Source: Massalongia carnosa (taxonomy: Eukaryota). From it: DNA of 64,000 nt. The translations under genes were made by a program, and so were the position numbers. Shown here piece by piece: positions 36,791-50,616 of the stretch (position 1 is the first letter of the stretch; every line of letters starts with the position of its first letter). Below the pieces are notes generated by a model that saw only the letters and a program-made list of their open reading frames with translations, had not been told where the DNA came from and searched no databases. The stretch lies in NCBI GenBank assembly GCA_965645245.1, contig OZ287072.1, positions 1,860,001-1,924,000 on the forward strand, given 5' to 3'.

Positions 36791-37098
36791 CGGTTATGTG
36801 TCATGACATCCATACGGAACAACTATGACGGGGGGGTCTCGTTAGATTGTACAGTTAGCAAAAAGCTATGCATGATTAATTAACTCATCTTCCTCAAGCC
36901 CGGAAAACATTTTAGCAAGTATATCAGCTTCTTTAATCCGAGAAGAATGGGTCCAAATCGCTTGTATAGGATGGAAGAGTGTACTGCTAAATGGCCAGCA
37001 TTGCAACCTACCTGGATTATTGTGCAATCACTTCAGCCATCAATCATTATAATGAATCAGAAACCTTGCCTGTCAATCTTCCTACGAGATCGCCCATG

Positions 37099-37766
37099 TC
37101 ACTTCTTCACGCCAACTCCTTCATCCGCGGCACTAGCGCTGCTTGGTGTAAGTCTGCCGTCGCCTTCAGTACTCTCTTCTCCACCCATATCATCCCAAGC
37201 CTCTACAACGCCACTCTCCTGCTCGCTGCTATCTGTTTCTCCTAATTCCAGATCGCCCATTCTACTTTCCTGTGGCACCCCGCCGTAACCCTTTTTCCGC
37301 CTCCGCCGATCGAGCATACGTTTGTGGTACAGTGTGGACAACCCGAGCGCAGAAAGCGATCCAACCACATTAACGACAATATCCAGTGGATCGAATTTAC
37401 GATCATTAGGAAGTATGCCCTGCACAATCTCCGAGCCCACACCGAGACCCAAAGTCACAGTAAAGAGAGTAAGATTCAACATGCGACGACGAGTTGTATC
37501 CAATATCCAGTAGAAGGTGATCTGAGATGAATATGGTTAGTTTGAGGATCGGTGGAAACGGCTTTACCAGTGCTCACAGTAAGCAGGAAAAATGTGAAGA
37601 AATGGAGGACTTTGTCATTCACTTGAGGAATTTGCAAAGACGTAAGCCCCGTGTATGCGGCCAAAAGGAGGACCAGAACGAATGCACCTATGAGTGGGAA
37701 TTAGAGACCAGGAACTTTGGAAGGAGGGCAGAAGTACCAACACGCAAAAGGGATTCTTATGCGCAT
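37099..37766 (-). CDS. VanZ-like membrane protein, three exons
   Basis: MRIRIPFA..NDKVLHFFTFFLLT..FYWILDTTRRR..SEIVQG..FDPLDIVVNVVG. Confidence 0.8.
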
Positions 37767-38190
37767 GGCCATGACCGTACCCGGCAAGATCAGCCTAGGT
37801 TATTTTGAGAAGCTTCAAGCTTGAAGCTCCGATTTTGTAATGGTGAGATGTGTTACGACACTGGAATTTCCAGTTCTCTGCCTGTGAGTGGTTACGAGCT
37901 CGCTTACATAATCCACGCTTTACTCTTTCCCTGAAGGCTTTCGAACCGTCAACCTCAGTCCGTCTCTTCAGCGAGTGGCCCGCGGTAATCACCACGAACT
38001 TCACCATCGCAACTCTACCCCATTCCATCAAATAGATCCATCAAAAGCGCTTCGCTCAACTCCCTAATATGTTAGCTATCCCTCAATGTCAATTTCACTA
38101 ACACGCGACACATCAACGAGCCTCACGGCCAAGTGCTTCCCGCGCTGGGAGCACCACCCCTGCTCGGGAGGGCGAGAGGGGTGTTGAGAT

Positions 38191-41100
38191 ATGTCGTCGC
38201 TGAAACACAATATCAACTTTCCCAATTCGGCGCTCAACCACGAATTTCGTGACGCTCTTCACGTTAATGGCTATCATGCATATCCATCACGCTCTAGAAC
38301 GCCTCTAGGCTTTTCCACACCTACCAATCCGAATAATTTGGCCCCCGCGGTGGAAAGCGAGCCCGGCGCAGATGAAGACCCGAAACTGTCGGTCTTTAAA
38401 GAACTATATGCGCGTAACGAGGCAAGGATTAGCACGCTACTCACGGAACATGGAGGGGCATTGCCAGCAAGCTCTGCAGGGTTGGGTGATCGGACGATGC
38501 AGGAAGATGGGGAATTGGAGGTCGAGGATCACCCGCAAATCGTTCTACCGCTAAAGAAAGCTACAAGAGCAATTGATGAGGATGACTACGATGAGTCCGA
38601 CGCCGAAGATGAAGAAAACGCCGGCCATTTCTCTCCGCTTAAACTAAAAAGCGCCGTTTCGTCTATTGCACCGATTGCGTCGTCTCATTCGTTATTACGA
38701 AGGATATCTTCTAGCTCGCTCCCAGCAAGCGTCAAGGGTGGAACAATTCTTGGGCTAGCCAAAGCATCGGAGGATGTGCGCAAAAGACTGGAAGACGATA
38801 AGAAAGCTGCTGAAGATGCTGCCAAACGTAGCTTTCATACTCTGTTTTATTCGCTTGAGAACGACAGAGATGCCATGCTGGACCAGGAGAAGCTCGATGA
38901 ATCGGAACGCCAAGTCGATGTCGAGATGAATGGTGGTACTGGTGGCGGGAGCCATGCTAACTCCTCATCGAGTAATGCGCAGCATGGGACTTTGAGCCAA
39001 ACCAACCTTGGAGCGTCAAGCCTAACCTTGAAACATTTAATAGCTCGCATTGATGCGAAGAGAGATCAGGTCCAAGCATCTGATGCGGAACTGAGGAGTC
39101 TCATGAGCGAAGTAAGGAAAAATAGAAGCAAGTGGGCAAGTGCAGAGAAGATAGGGCAAGAAGAGCTCTATGAAGCTGCAGAAAAGGTACTTAGCGAATT
39201 GAAAGCTATGACCGAGCACTCATCGGCATTCTTGACAAGAGTCAACAAGCGGGAGGCGCCTGACTATTATAACGGTGATCAATCTCGCTATATCTAAGGG
39301 AATTCTTCTAGCTAACAGCAAACTCGTAGTAATCAAACACCCCATGGATCTGGGAAGTATGACCAAGAAGCTCAAGGCAGTCCAATACAAATCGAAGCAA
39401 GAATTCGTTGATGACCTCAATTTGATTTGGGCGAACTGTCTGAAGTATAATGCCAATCCAGAACACTTCCTGCGGCGCCACGCCTTATTCATGCGCAAAG
39501 AGACGGAAAAGCTTGTACCTCTAATTCCAGTGATAGTCATCAAAGATCGTGCTGTCGTTGAAGCAGAGCAGCGCCGAATTCAGAATGGCGACGCTGATGT
39601 CGATGGGCTTGAGGAAAGCGATGACGAGCCTATAATATCTTCCCGGGGGCGGAAAGCCCCCGGTAAGACATCAAAGAAAGGCCCAAATGCTCGCAAAGCT
39701 CCGGCGGGAATGATCGAAGGCCCTCCTGCTACTGAGACCAAGCCGTCCCTGCACAGCTCGACTACAAATGGTCTTGGCTCCAACCTCAAACACGAGTCTC
39801 TAAGAGCGGACTCCGAAAGCCTCTTTGACGGAAGCTCGACGCCTCCACCTGGATCTCTCACTCCTGCTGGTTTAAACGGTTTGCTGTCGCATGGAACATT
39901 CAATTCCCACGACTCCATGGATATTGATGGGTTGGATTCCTCGCTCAGTGGAGTTGGTCCATCTGTAAGCGGTGTCAATGAAGAATTTCACGATGATATC
40001 GAGTACAAAACTTGGAAGCAAGTTACCAAGAAAGATCGTGCACTTGTAACGGCAGAACGCCATCGTTTATTCAAGGGCGATCAAATTGTGCCTGATGAGT
40101 TCGCGTTGCTGCGCAGAAAGTCAGGCATGCGTCGATGGTCACGCAAGCAAAAGGAGGCGGTTACCGAGGGGTCTTTGAGTAAACGCAGCGAAGCAGCTGA
40201 GGTTATCGAACACAACGAGGTAGAGCCAACTAGAGAGACGCTAGCCGAAGGTATGGAGGGTGATGAAGAGAAAATGCTGCCTGACTACTATGATACTATG
40301 TCTGCTATGCCCGACTTCTCGCCACGACAACGATGGATCGAAGATTCTGAGAGGCAGGTTCAAGATCCTTCGGAGGAGTTTCTCCGCATCCTACCAAAAG
40401 GCCTTTTTATCTCCCCAGAAAGCATTTTAAGCAAAAGGCTTGAGGCCAATATGAGGCAAGCGCAGGCGACGAGAAAGATTGTCTCGAAAATAGGGGTAGT
40501 GAAGCAGATGCAACTTCAGTCTCAAGTACGTCTCCTAGACTCCTATAGCGCCATGATCTAATTATAACCTTGCAGATGTACCACGGCCAATTTCAGAAGC
40601 ACGAACCTGTACCGTTGGTCGAGCAAGATATTGAACCCCATGTGATTTCGGATGAAGGACCGGTAATGTCTCCGATGGTCTGTAGAGCTGCTTTTCAACG
40701 TTCTGTGGGTAAGCTGTTTTTCCACGCAGGATTCGAGGAGTTTCAGCCGTCTGCACTTGAAGCCGCCACCGATCTAGCGGGTGATTTCTTCACCAAGCTT
40801 GCACGTACACTTGTTGAGTACACGCAAACGCCCAGAATCGCTGTCACAACCCCGGGTTCTGGAATATCAGGCGAAATCGAAACTACATGGCAAAGTAGAT
40901 TTACTACCGAAGAAGTTCTTCTGCACACCCTGCATGAAAACGGCTGCGACATGGAGGGCATTGAAAGCTATGTCAAGGACGACATGGAGCGTTTCAGCAG
41001 CAAGCTGAGCACCATGCACGAACGAATGAAGGCTCATCTTGCCGACCTTCTTCGCCCTGCTCTTACCGATACCGGTCCAGACGGCTCTAATGCATTCAAT

Positions 41101-41805
41101 GACGGCAGCGAACAGTTTATCGGTGGGGATTTCGCTGAGGATCTCGACGAGGACTTTTTTGGCTTCAAGGAATTAGGCCTTGACAAGGAGTTTGGCTATG
41201 CATCGCTGAGCGTGCCATTACATCTCCTTCAAAACCGCATGCACAGCGCTAATCAGGCACAAAACCCTAGGTACACCCCATCCCATTGTTGTCCCCACCA
41301 TAGTTTACGGCTAATCCCCTCTTTCATACCTAGCAGCCTCTCCTCTTCGCTTTCATATTCACTTACTCCGCCCCCTTCTCTCCCCCCGCTCAACATTCAC
41401 AATGTCAAGTCTCAAATTGGGCTTGTGCAAAACTTTTTTCTTGCAAAACTCCACGCCAATGCCGACGCGCCTCTTACCGAGGATGACGATCTTCCGCAGA
41501 AGCAACGATTCCCGAAACCCCGCCTACCGCCGAATGGAAAGATCAGTAGCCCACGGAAACGCCCCATGCGCGAGCAAGGGCCTGGCAAGGGGCATCCACG
41601 CAAGAAGGTTAAGTTGATGGAAGAGGAAAAGGAAAAGGAGCGACAGCGTGAAAAGGAGCGGGAAATGGAGAAGGCGGTGGACCAAGCGAGGGCGACGGCT
41701 GGCGGAGCCGTGCTTCTGGAGAGCGTGGGGAGCGCAGAGGGGGGTATGGGCAAAGGTGGCGACGTGCCCGGAATGATGTCGCCGGAGAGTCTGGAGGCTT
41801 CGTGA
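38191..41805 (+). CDS. SPT7: SAGA complex bromodomain subunit Spt7
   Basis: [10 protein letters not shown], bromodomain [23 protein letters not shown], histone-fold region [12 protein letters not shown]. Confidence 0.93.
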
Positions 41806-42283
41806 AATTACCGTTGTTCGTCTGACTTGCAAGGGGCGGGTGGAGGTAATTTGACGGCGCATGGTGGAGGATATGGTTGGAAAAAGGAGGCAGTATTTTT
41901 TGACTGATTGGGCATTTCACGGAGCATTTGAGGGAGTTTGCATGCAATGGGAAGGGGGGGCATACCTATGTAATCCTGATGACTATCGGTGAGAAAGGCA
42001 GAAGGGGAGAGGGGGAGGGTTAATGAGTGCATGGGGGTTTTTCCTACTTCTTCTTCTTCTTCTTCTTCTTCTTCGCCTGTACCATATCCTCCATCCCGTT
42101 GGGATAAGTTTTCCCCTTTCATTCTCCTTTCCTCTCCCCGTGCGGCCTTCGATAACGAAGGGCCGGACATCAATGGACAAGGTGGTGATGGTGGTGATGG
42201 TAGTTGGGGATGGGGAAGGGGAAGGGGGAGAGGGAGGGAGAGGAGTTGGTTTCTCCGAAGAGTTGAAGTTTCCCTAACCATCT

Positions 42284-42336
42284 GCCTACCTACATACCTC
42301 CCTACATACCTACCTACCTACTACCTACCTACCTAC
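42284..42336. repeat. Imperfect (CCTA)n tetranucleotide repeat
   Basis: cctacctacatacctccctacatacctacctacc... Confidence 0.8.
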
Positions 42337-45300
42337 GTATGTATCTAGTTACCTTGTTACCTAGTTACCTAGTTATCTACTTTCGAGTCCTTTTTAACGT
42401 GGAAACTACTTTTCTGTGCTTTTCTGGCTCTGGCTCTAGTCCTAGTTTCAACTATAAAACTTTTCTGGCGAGGATTTTTGGTTCCGTTTCCCGTTCTGTT
42501 CAGTTTGCTGAGTCGTGATTTTCTAGGGGGGGGGTTGTTATAGAGGTACATATCTATCTATTGAGGAGAACACCCAGGTGAGATGTTAAAACGGCAACCG
42601 ATGCCAAGTACCGAAACCAGCTGACAAAGCAATTTGCATCTACCTCGGCAAGGAAAGGCTTGTGGCGGTGGCAAATTTGTATGAAGTCATCGGAAGAGGG
42701 AACCGATGAGATGGAAATGGAAGCTTCTGGAATCGCTGGTGGACGGGCATAAATAGGAGCAGTTTTACCCTACGTAGTGGTAGAAAGTCAATTGTTTCTC
42801 CCAGATTGTTTTGCATGTGCAAGAACTCGTTTGTCGAACTAGTCATATCAATTGCCCAGTGCTACCATTCCGCCTGTTGCAGTCACAGTTCCAACATGAG
42901 AGAAAAAGGGGTGTATAGATAGGTATGTATAATCTGGACTGATATTTAGTTGTGTCTAGATAAGATAGGTAGTTTTAAATAAGAAAGATGGTGAGAGGAT
43001 CATTTTCATTTTCACCTTTGGTTTCAATCTCTAGTTTCTATCTTCTTCGAACCTTCAACTCGATCAGTATGACAGAAGTAGGTAGATATTTCATCGTATC
43101 TAAATATCCAGTTTATCTACAACAGGTAACTAGCCGCGTCAACCTGCCCTAAATACACGTCAAGCATACATGCATGCATGAACGCCATTTTTCTACTGAT
43201 CATTTTAGCAAGAGATATACTTGGATATGTCACCGGTAGGTGTTGAGTGATTTGAGTGGGTTTAGCTAGTTAGGTGTCACCACAGCAGCGGTGTGGTGAA
43301 AAGAGAAACTAATTGGTTATATGCTGAACGGATCACTCAATCACGCCTTACTGGTTAGGGTATCTCCCTTCTTCTTCGGCGGGGGGATCGTGTGCGTTTC
43401 CCGGCTGACTACGGGGTATAGAAGTACATATGGAGTTATTCGAAATCGGATGACTTGCAGCGTTGCATGCATGTAACTAAGTAAGTCTTAAGCGGCCAAT
43501 CAGAAATGCGCTTCAATCATGCTTCCTTTCATCTATCTTATAATCTCATCAAGTTTTAAAGGTCAATAAATAACAAATGATGGAATTGATGCTTGAGAGG
43601 GAGAATTGTTTAAAAAAAACAAAATCATGATTGATGATTCCCGAAAGAGGGAATTGGAGAAGGGAGATGAATGGAAAAGATGAAAAACATGAAAAAATCC
43701 ACCCTCCAAAAAAGCCAAAAAAGCCAAAAAAAAAACGAACTTAAAGAGCAACATCCATCTCAATCCCACTCTCGCCCATTCCTCAAGACATTACATATTC
43801 CCCAACCCCCGCCACTTATCCTAACAGATATCTCGACTCTTCCTCTTTTCCCTTCCTTCTCCAGACTGGCTGGTAACTATATCGGGATGAATGGGATGAT
43901 GATAAGGAATATACGATATATATGTGCGATACATACAATATGGAGTGAAGTCGATCGGAAAGGCGTCTGATTTTAATTTTTAACTTTAAAATTTTCTAAT
44001 TTTTGGAAATTACAAGTAATAGCGGATGATTCTGATGAGGAGGAGAATTAGGAGAGGAAATCCGGATAGAAAATTCTCAAGATCTTAAGAACGGGGGGTT
44101 GGGTTACCCAGCATCATAATAAACCCCTCTCCCCTGAAACGAACAACATCGAAAAATAATCAAAAGCAAATGACTCACTTTCGCAACATCTCACTTCCGT
44201 GGAGGAAAAAAAGCTCATAACAAAAAAACAATAACGTTTGAAATACCTATCTATCTCCCAAACCACATTTCCCCAAGCTTGCGGTTGGCGAGCGTTTGAG
44301 AACCTTTTTTTTTTACCCGGGGCATTGCGGAAAATTCTATACATATCTATACCTATATTAGTGGTGGATTACGTAATGTTGTAAAACCGAACTTTCTTTC
44401 AGGCAGAGGGAGCAACCAACTTGCGAGGGAACGTCTCGCTGGAAGCCGCGTCTGGGAACCTTGTGGGTTAGGATGGCTATTTCTTTTGTCGACACAGGTG
44501 TGGAGGGAGGTATAGCAAAGGAGAAGGTTTGGTGACTCATGGTGCAGGGGTGTAGGCTTGGCAAGTCTCGATGAGCGGGATCGCGATTATGCTTGGAAAT
44601 AAGACCGTAAGAGTAGGTAGGTATAAGATAGTTACAGTGGCGGCTGAACATGCTTGTGAGGTGGGCACCAAGGCCTTTTGATATAGACTAGACGGGACAA
44701 GCCAGTTGCGAGGGCTAATGAAATAGTTCTAACGCGGAAAACAAGGCCTCGTCCGTACGATAAGGAAAGGAAAGGAAAGGAAATGAATACAGCAGGTAGG
44801 CATGAGGTGGGACCTGGAAACAAGAGTTCAAAGCTTAACTCCGGACAAGACCCAAACGGTGGATCACGACGGGAGGGGCAATACAGAATAGAGTACTGGC
44901 AGCACATCCACTGTCTGCACCAGAGGTACGAATTCTTAGCCAGGGTGGATCATGCAATAGTTATCCGGAGATGGGTTGTGAGGAGAATAAGAGGGCGGCT
45001 GGTGTTTCGGAGATGTAAGCAGATTCTGATGTGTGCACGTTGCAATGTATAAAATCTGGAAGGGGTTGCAAGCGATGGTGAAAAGGCTATGCGGGGCGAA
45101 GGCAGTTGCTTGCTTCATCATCCATAAGACAAGATTTGGGTGCATGAATTCCCCAGGAAGTCCGCGTCGCCTATACACTCAAGTCTAGATTGAGCGTGGA
45201 AACAGACAACATCAAAGTAGCACAGGGGTGTTGTTACAGCATAAAAATAGGGTTCAATATTTTTAACAAATCGTAGAACGATACAATATATGGGGTATTT

Positions 45301-45562
45301 TGAAAATTTTACAGAACACGAAAGCACATTCAAAAACCAGAGGAAGAGGGCCCTTCCATGATGCACAGGCTCAAGCCCACAACCTCAAACGTCTGATACA
45401 GATTGGCAGAACTCTGACCGGCCGTATCTTAAAGGATCCTTCGTGGTATATCAAATGAAGTAGCCATTTGTAAAATTTCAGAAAAATTAGCGTAAATACG
45501 TCAATAGCCGTTGGTGTAGAAACAAACGATCATTGGCTTCGTAGAGGATCAAAAGGATGTGG

Positions 45563-46498
45563 CTATGTCATGCCGGTGTTCAATTCGAAGGGGTTAGGAT
45601 CGTCGTCAAGCCAAGGTGACATTGGTTCTTCCATCGAGTGAAGGCTGAGGAACTCCGAAGGCGTTTCGAAGCGCAGAAAATCCATGCCCTCATCGTATGC
45701 AGCAGGCTGTGGGTGCACCCAGGTCGACTGCTGCGACGGTAGCAGGGACGTATTCAAATCGGTTGCTATGTTGGTGGACTCAGGCGAACCCATCGAAGTC
45801 GTTTCATGCGGAGTTTGAAATGGCGGCGTCGGCGGGAATTGCGTGAGAATAGGGAAGAAGTCACTGAGATAGTGTTTGGGAGAAGTGGATTCCGGAAATA
45901 AACCCTGGCTCTGATACTCTTGACCTGTCGAGCTATTCCGCGACGAGAAAACTCCGTCTGCAACAAGTTTTTGACGTAATACATTTAGGTTGTCTTCAAA
46001 TGCCTCGGTTTCCACATTGGCGTCAAGTTTCAAAGCCCCCAGTCGTTCGAGTATGTCGTGCGTCAGAGGATGGCCATTCATTGATTCTTGTAGTGGCGCT
46101 CCATTCCACCCGCGCTGGGTGATCACAATCTCATATAATTCCTGCAAGCCATTGACTAACTGCTGCTGTTGCCGCTCGAGCATCTCCACGTAACTGCACA
46201 ATAACTCAGCTCGGCGATCGACCTATTTAGCTTGGGGGAGCTCTAACGAACCCTTTTGGATAGACTTTATCGTGTGACTTCTTGCGTTCGCCAAACACAC
46301 AGATTGCATTATCTGTCCTACAGCGATTACAAGGATTGGAGCCATCGCACTAGAAGTATTGTTAGTGTGATTCGGTTGAAGCCATCATGCTGAGCATGCC
46401 TTGGATTTCTTTAGTCGACATCGATCGCAAGCTTTGCAGACTCTTTTCCGAATATTGCTCTCATTATCGGATCCTAGACTTGGAGACTGTGCTGTCAT
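45563..46498 (-). CDS. Zn2Cys6 transcription factor, Fcr1-like, three exons
   Basis: Spliced RKRVCKACDRCRLKKSK|CDGSNPCNRCRTDNAICVFGERKKSHDKVYPKG|YVEMLERQQQQLVNGLQELY..HDILERLG. Confidence 0.92.
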
Positions 46499-48310
46499 TC
46501 TGAGAAATTCACCGACGAAATTCCCACGTTGCCCACCAAATACGTAGACAGTTATGTATTGGTATAATCAGGGTTTGAAGGATCTCTAGCTCGCCTGTGG
46601 TAGCACGGTAGAACCCTTGATATGCAGTACAGAGTACGTGCTGATGAGCTGTAATAGTTACAAGCACTAATCCCCAGCTAACTTAATATCGTACGGCCGA
46701 AATGTGGGAAGAGAAAGGAGCAGGATGTAAGAACAGAAGGTGAGCATGGGGCGTTGCATAATATATGGGAGATATTAGAACACACCGATGGTAGCTCCGA
46801 GGTAGATTTTCAACCCATTCTGATGAGATGGCCACAAGTCAGCGGGCTGCAGATGCCAATACTTAGTCGAGGAAGCTCCGACTGATAGACTTCGAGACCA
46901 TGCGTAGTAAGCATTTTTCGTGTCAGTACCGACCACCTTGTCGGATATGTAATCAGACCCAGGTACTCTGTACCGAGTACATAGTCCGGGGGACATCATC
47001 GAACAGAGTAGGTTTGTAGATGTAGGCTGATGGATACCACGTCACAAAACCTGAAGCGATTCTGCTTTTACCTAACTTCGGTCGGTCTCTTCCAGCCTCC
47101 AGGCCGCAGGTATTTCAAATACAGACCTGATGAAAGAGCACCTTTCATGCTCGGATTTCCCTTGGTCAGGCCAATCACACGGGAGAGCATAATGCCCCAG
47201 CACATGTACCAAGTATACTGAAAGGGTTTCTGGGGTGATTGACGATGGCCATGACCATTGCATGGCGATTGTCGTGGCATCCCTGCCCTAGACGCAGTCG
47301 TTAAGAGTTGAATTCGAACGGGCTAGAGGCTTTGAAGGTTTGGATAGGTCAATGAGGGGTTTCGCTGTCGTGGCTTGCTTGTCGCTTGTTGTTTGGCTTG
47401 ACTACCCGTGACTATCTTTACTCAAGCTTTCCAGCGGTCAGAATGCAAAGCGCGTCGGTAGGATCGACTATCCAGGAAAGGGTTAGATTCGTCTAGAGAT
47501 TCTCTGAACATTTTGATGGCGACACTTTTTTCCCGAAACAGGGAATGTGTTACAGATACCTCCATGATACATGTACATACGTAAGCTATGAGAACGACTC
47601 ATGTATTCGGATATGGTCATGAGCACCTCCTCCCTGTCCGTAGCAATCCCTCATGGCTTACAGAATCGATCTGATTACTAAAATGACTCATACGGAATGA
47701 TATACCTGGTAACAATGTGACAACAGCCAGTTATCAGTTACACGGTATTTTATACTCTGTATTCTATAGTTACTCGGTACTCTGTACGGTCGGTAATGTC
47801 GGGGTTTCCTGACGTGCTTATCGCCGACCAACCATACGAAAGCCACTGCCCGTTGCATTAATAAGGAATCGTCATCCATTACTATTCTCGTCCGGCATGG
47901 TTAATCTATAATTCTTTCGTACCGATTTTGTGATCTTTTCGCAATGTACACCCTCCGTACTCATACCGAGTCCTCTCTGCTAGCTATTCCGTACTCGGTA
48001 CTCGGCGTGTCTTCGCATTATTATCATCATCATCATCATCGGCCGCACATTGCATGACCCAACGGCAAAAAGCAAACGCCGACATCCTAGCCGCTCATGG
48101 CTTAACGGTCTTTACAAATACCGATCTCCTTCTCCGTCTTCGCATCCAATCATTTCGGCATTCGGCACATCCTAGTTCCCCGTGAGACCACGGAATCAGA
48201 GGCGGCATGGGCTCCGAAGACAACTACTCGGTACAGAGCAACCCCAAACCCATCATCTCCACTTCCAACTTCATACATCAACTTCGTCTCGGAGTCTCAG
48301 CCATCTCAGC

Positions 48311-50616
48311 TAGGGCTCTGAAATTTTCGAAATTTTGACAAGGTCGCACGAAAATTTCATCACGTGTGCGCGCCAAGCATGAAATTTTCGAAATTTATTA
48401 CTAAGCACATATACATATCTTGTAGATAGATCGATACCTCATTTTGATAGTCACTCTCATACATTTAAAGGTATCTTCCGATTTTATACTCATGGCTCAA
48501 CGCGGTGGAAGAAAGAAAAATTCTCTAATTGAGGAGAATTTCAAAGACGTGATCACCATGGGATTGAAAAACCTCAGCATCAATGCATTCATTGTGGTCA
48601 TCAGACTACCAAGAATGCTGTAAGAGGACTATCACATTTAGATCAATGTGATGCCTACAAACAGAAGATAACAAAGAATGAAGATGCCTCGTTCAGTTCT
48701 AGATCAATCCAACTGCCCATTACCACCATGATTCGTCCCCTTAGCCAGAGTCAAATTGCTCATGCTCATCGCGAGGCGGCGATGTCTGTTTATATGACAA
48801 ATCTTCCCTTCAACCACTTCGAGAATCCCTATGTTATTGCGGCATTTCAAGCTCTTTCTCCTGGATACAAGCCCCCTCATGCCAGACTGATGGCTGGACG
48901 ATTGTTGGATGAAGCCTATGAAACAGTTAAATTCAAAATAAATCAAGAATTGAATGCTTGCAATCATCTCAGCTTTTTTACCGACGAGACAGCCAACATT
49001 CGAAAAGAGCGAGTAATAAATCTCTGCTGTCACGTTCCCACATCTGTCACTTCTAGTGGCGGAGGATTTCAGCTAAAAGCTGATGTCGGAGTGGCGGAAA
49101 AAATGACGGCAGTCGTACAAGCTGAATGGGTGATAAATGGATGTAGGGATGCTACCAACAATCAGCTTGAAAGGGTTAATTGTATCTGCACCGACACGTG
49201 CTCTACAATGAAAGCCATGTGGACGAAAATTTCGAAAAGTGCAGAGATGAAGCATGTTTTCTTCGTACCTTGCGATAGTCATGGTTTGCAGCTATTGTTA
49301 GGAGACATTTTGAAATTTCCTTATTTTACAGATGTTATAGAAAAGGCTCAGTTGATCGTCATCAGTTTTCGCGGATCAAATAAGGAATTAGCTAGTTTAT
49401 GGAAATACCAAATGAAGGGATACAAACAGCGTCGTTCCTTGGTTCTCAACGTTCTCACCAGATGGGGTACGACGGTTGGTCTTTTAAATTCAGTATTGAA
49501 TAATCAACAGGCCTTGTTGGATTATTTTCAGCAGAAGAATCCAGGCATAGATCAGGGAAGAAATAAACCTTTGGGAAGTTTCGTCAACGATTATTCCTTT
49601 TGGAAGAAACTGACCATGGTCAAAAAGATACTGAATCCCATTCATAAACTTCAGTACATGTCCGAAGCCGAGGGATATAAGCTATACACCGTAACAAATA
49701 ACTGGAATATCATTCGCTCTCATCTGTACTCGATGGCCGAAGAAGAAAGCGACAGTGAGGCGGATCTATATCACATTGGTCGTTTGGGAAGATAGATATC
49801 TCAGTCAAATAACAGAGCTCCATGTGGTTGCATCTCTTCTGCTTCCGCAAAATCGTACGATAAAGGTGGTCGGCGTTACTACAGAACATGCTTTTTCATC
49901 GATCATGCATAGATTCTTTGCTCGATATCTGAATGCTGAAGATAGCATCGTTGCCATGAGACAATGGCTTGCTTTTCGAGATCAGGAAGATGGATTTCAT
50001 GCAAACTCAGAATGTTGGACTTATCAGATGACACCGGAGCTGTTTTGGAATTTTTGCAAGCATTTTGCATTGATTCTTAGCAAGCTGGCCAGAAAGGTAA
50101 TGATGCTTCCTGGCAATTCAATGTTGGCAGAAAGAAGTTGGTCGGTCATGAATTTGATCATGAACAAGACTCGAAATTCCATGGCATCGATCAACGTGGA
50201 TAAGCTGATGTTTATTTATCTGAATGAAAGAACTCTTAACCGACCGAAAGAAATCAAAAGGAAGCTACAATTCGCAGGCATTGACATAGAAGAAGACGAT
50301 CTATGTGAGATGGAAGACAGATTGTTGCAGGAAGAAATCTCTCTGCAAGAAACAGCGACAGTAAAATCGTTGAAACGACCAGCAAGTCAAGCGATAGAGG
50401 GAGATGCGGTCAGGCTCAGAGATACTTGAGATTGTATGAAGATTAATAGCTAAATCAAGTTCCTCGTTCCTATTTTCCGCTTTCCCCGCACCCCCCTCCC
50501 CCCTGCCTACCCCCCTGCAAAACATCCATGAAAATTTCACTCGTGAAAGTCGCAGTGAAACTTTCATCCCGATCGGGTTAGGCAAAATTTCATGAAAGTT
50601 TCATTTCAGAGCCCTA
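48311..50616 (+). mobile_element. hAT transposon with 8-bp target-site duplication
   Basis: TIRs TAGGGCTCTGAAA and TTTCAGAGCCCTA. TSD ATCTCAGC at 48303-10 and 50617-24. GAAA(A)TTT subterminal repeats. Confidence 0.96.
48492..50429 (+). pseudogene. hAT transposase with frameshifts near 48550 and 49780
   Basis: BED-like CIHC..HLDQC, FFTDE, CTDTC, PCDSH, TRW, and the dimerisation motif AERSWS. Confidence 0.88.

Noticed and set aside
41808..42348. ORFs with poly-E, poly-S and poly-R tracts
   Set aside because: They arise from simple repeats downstream of SPT7.
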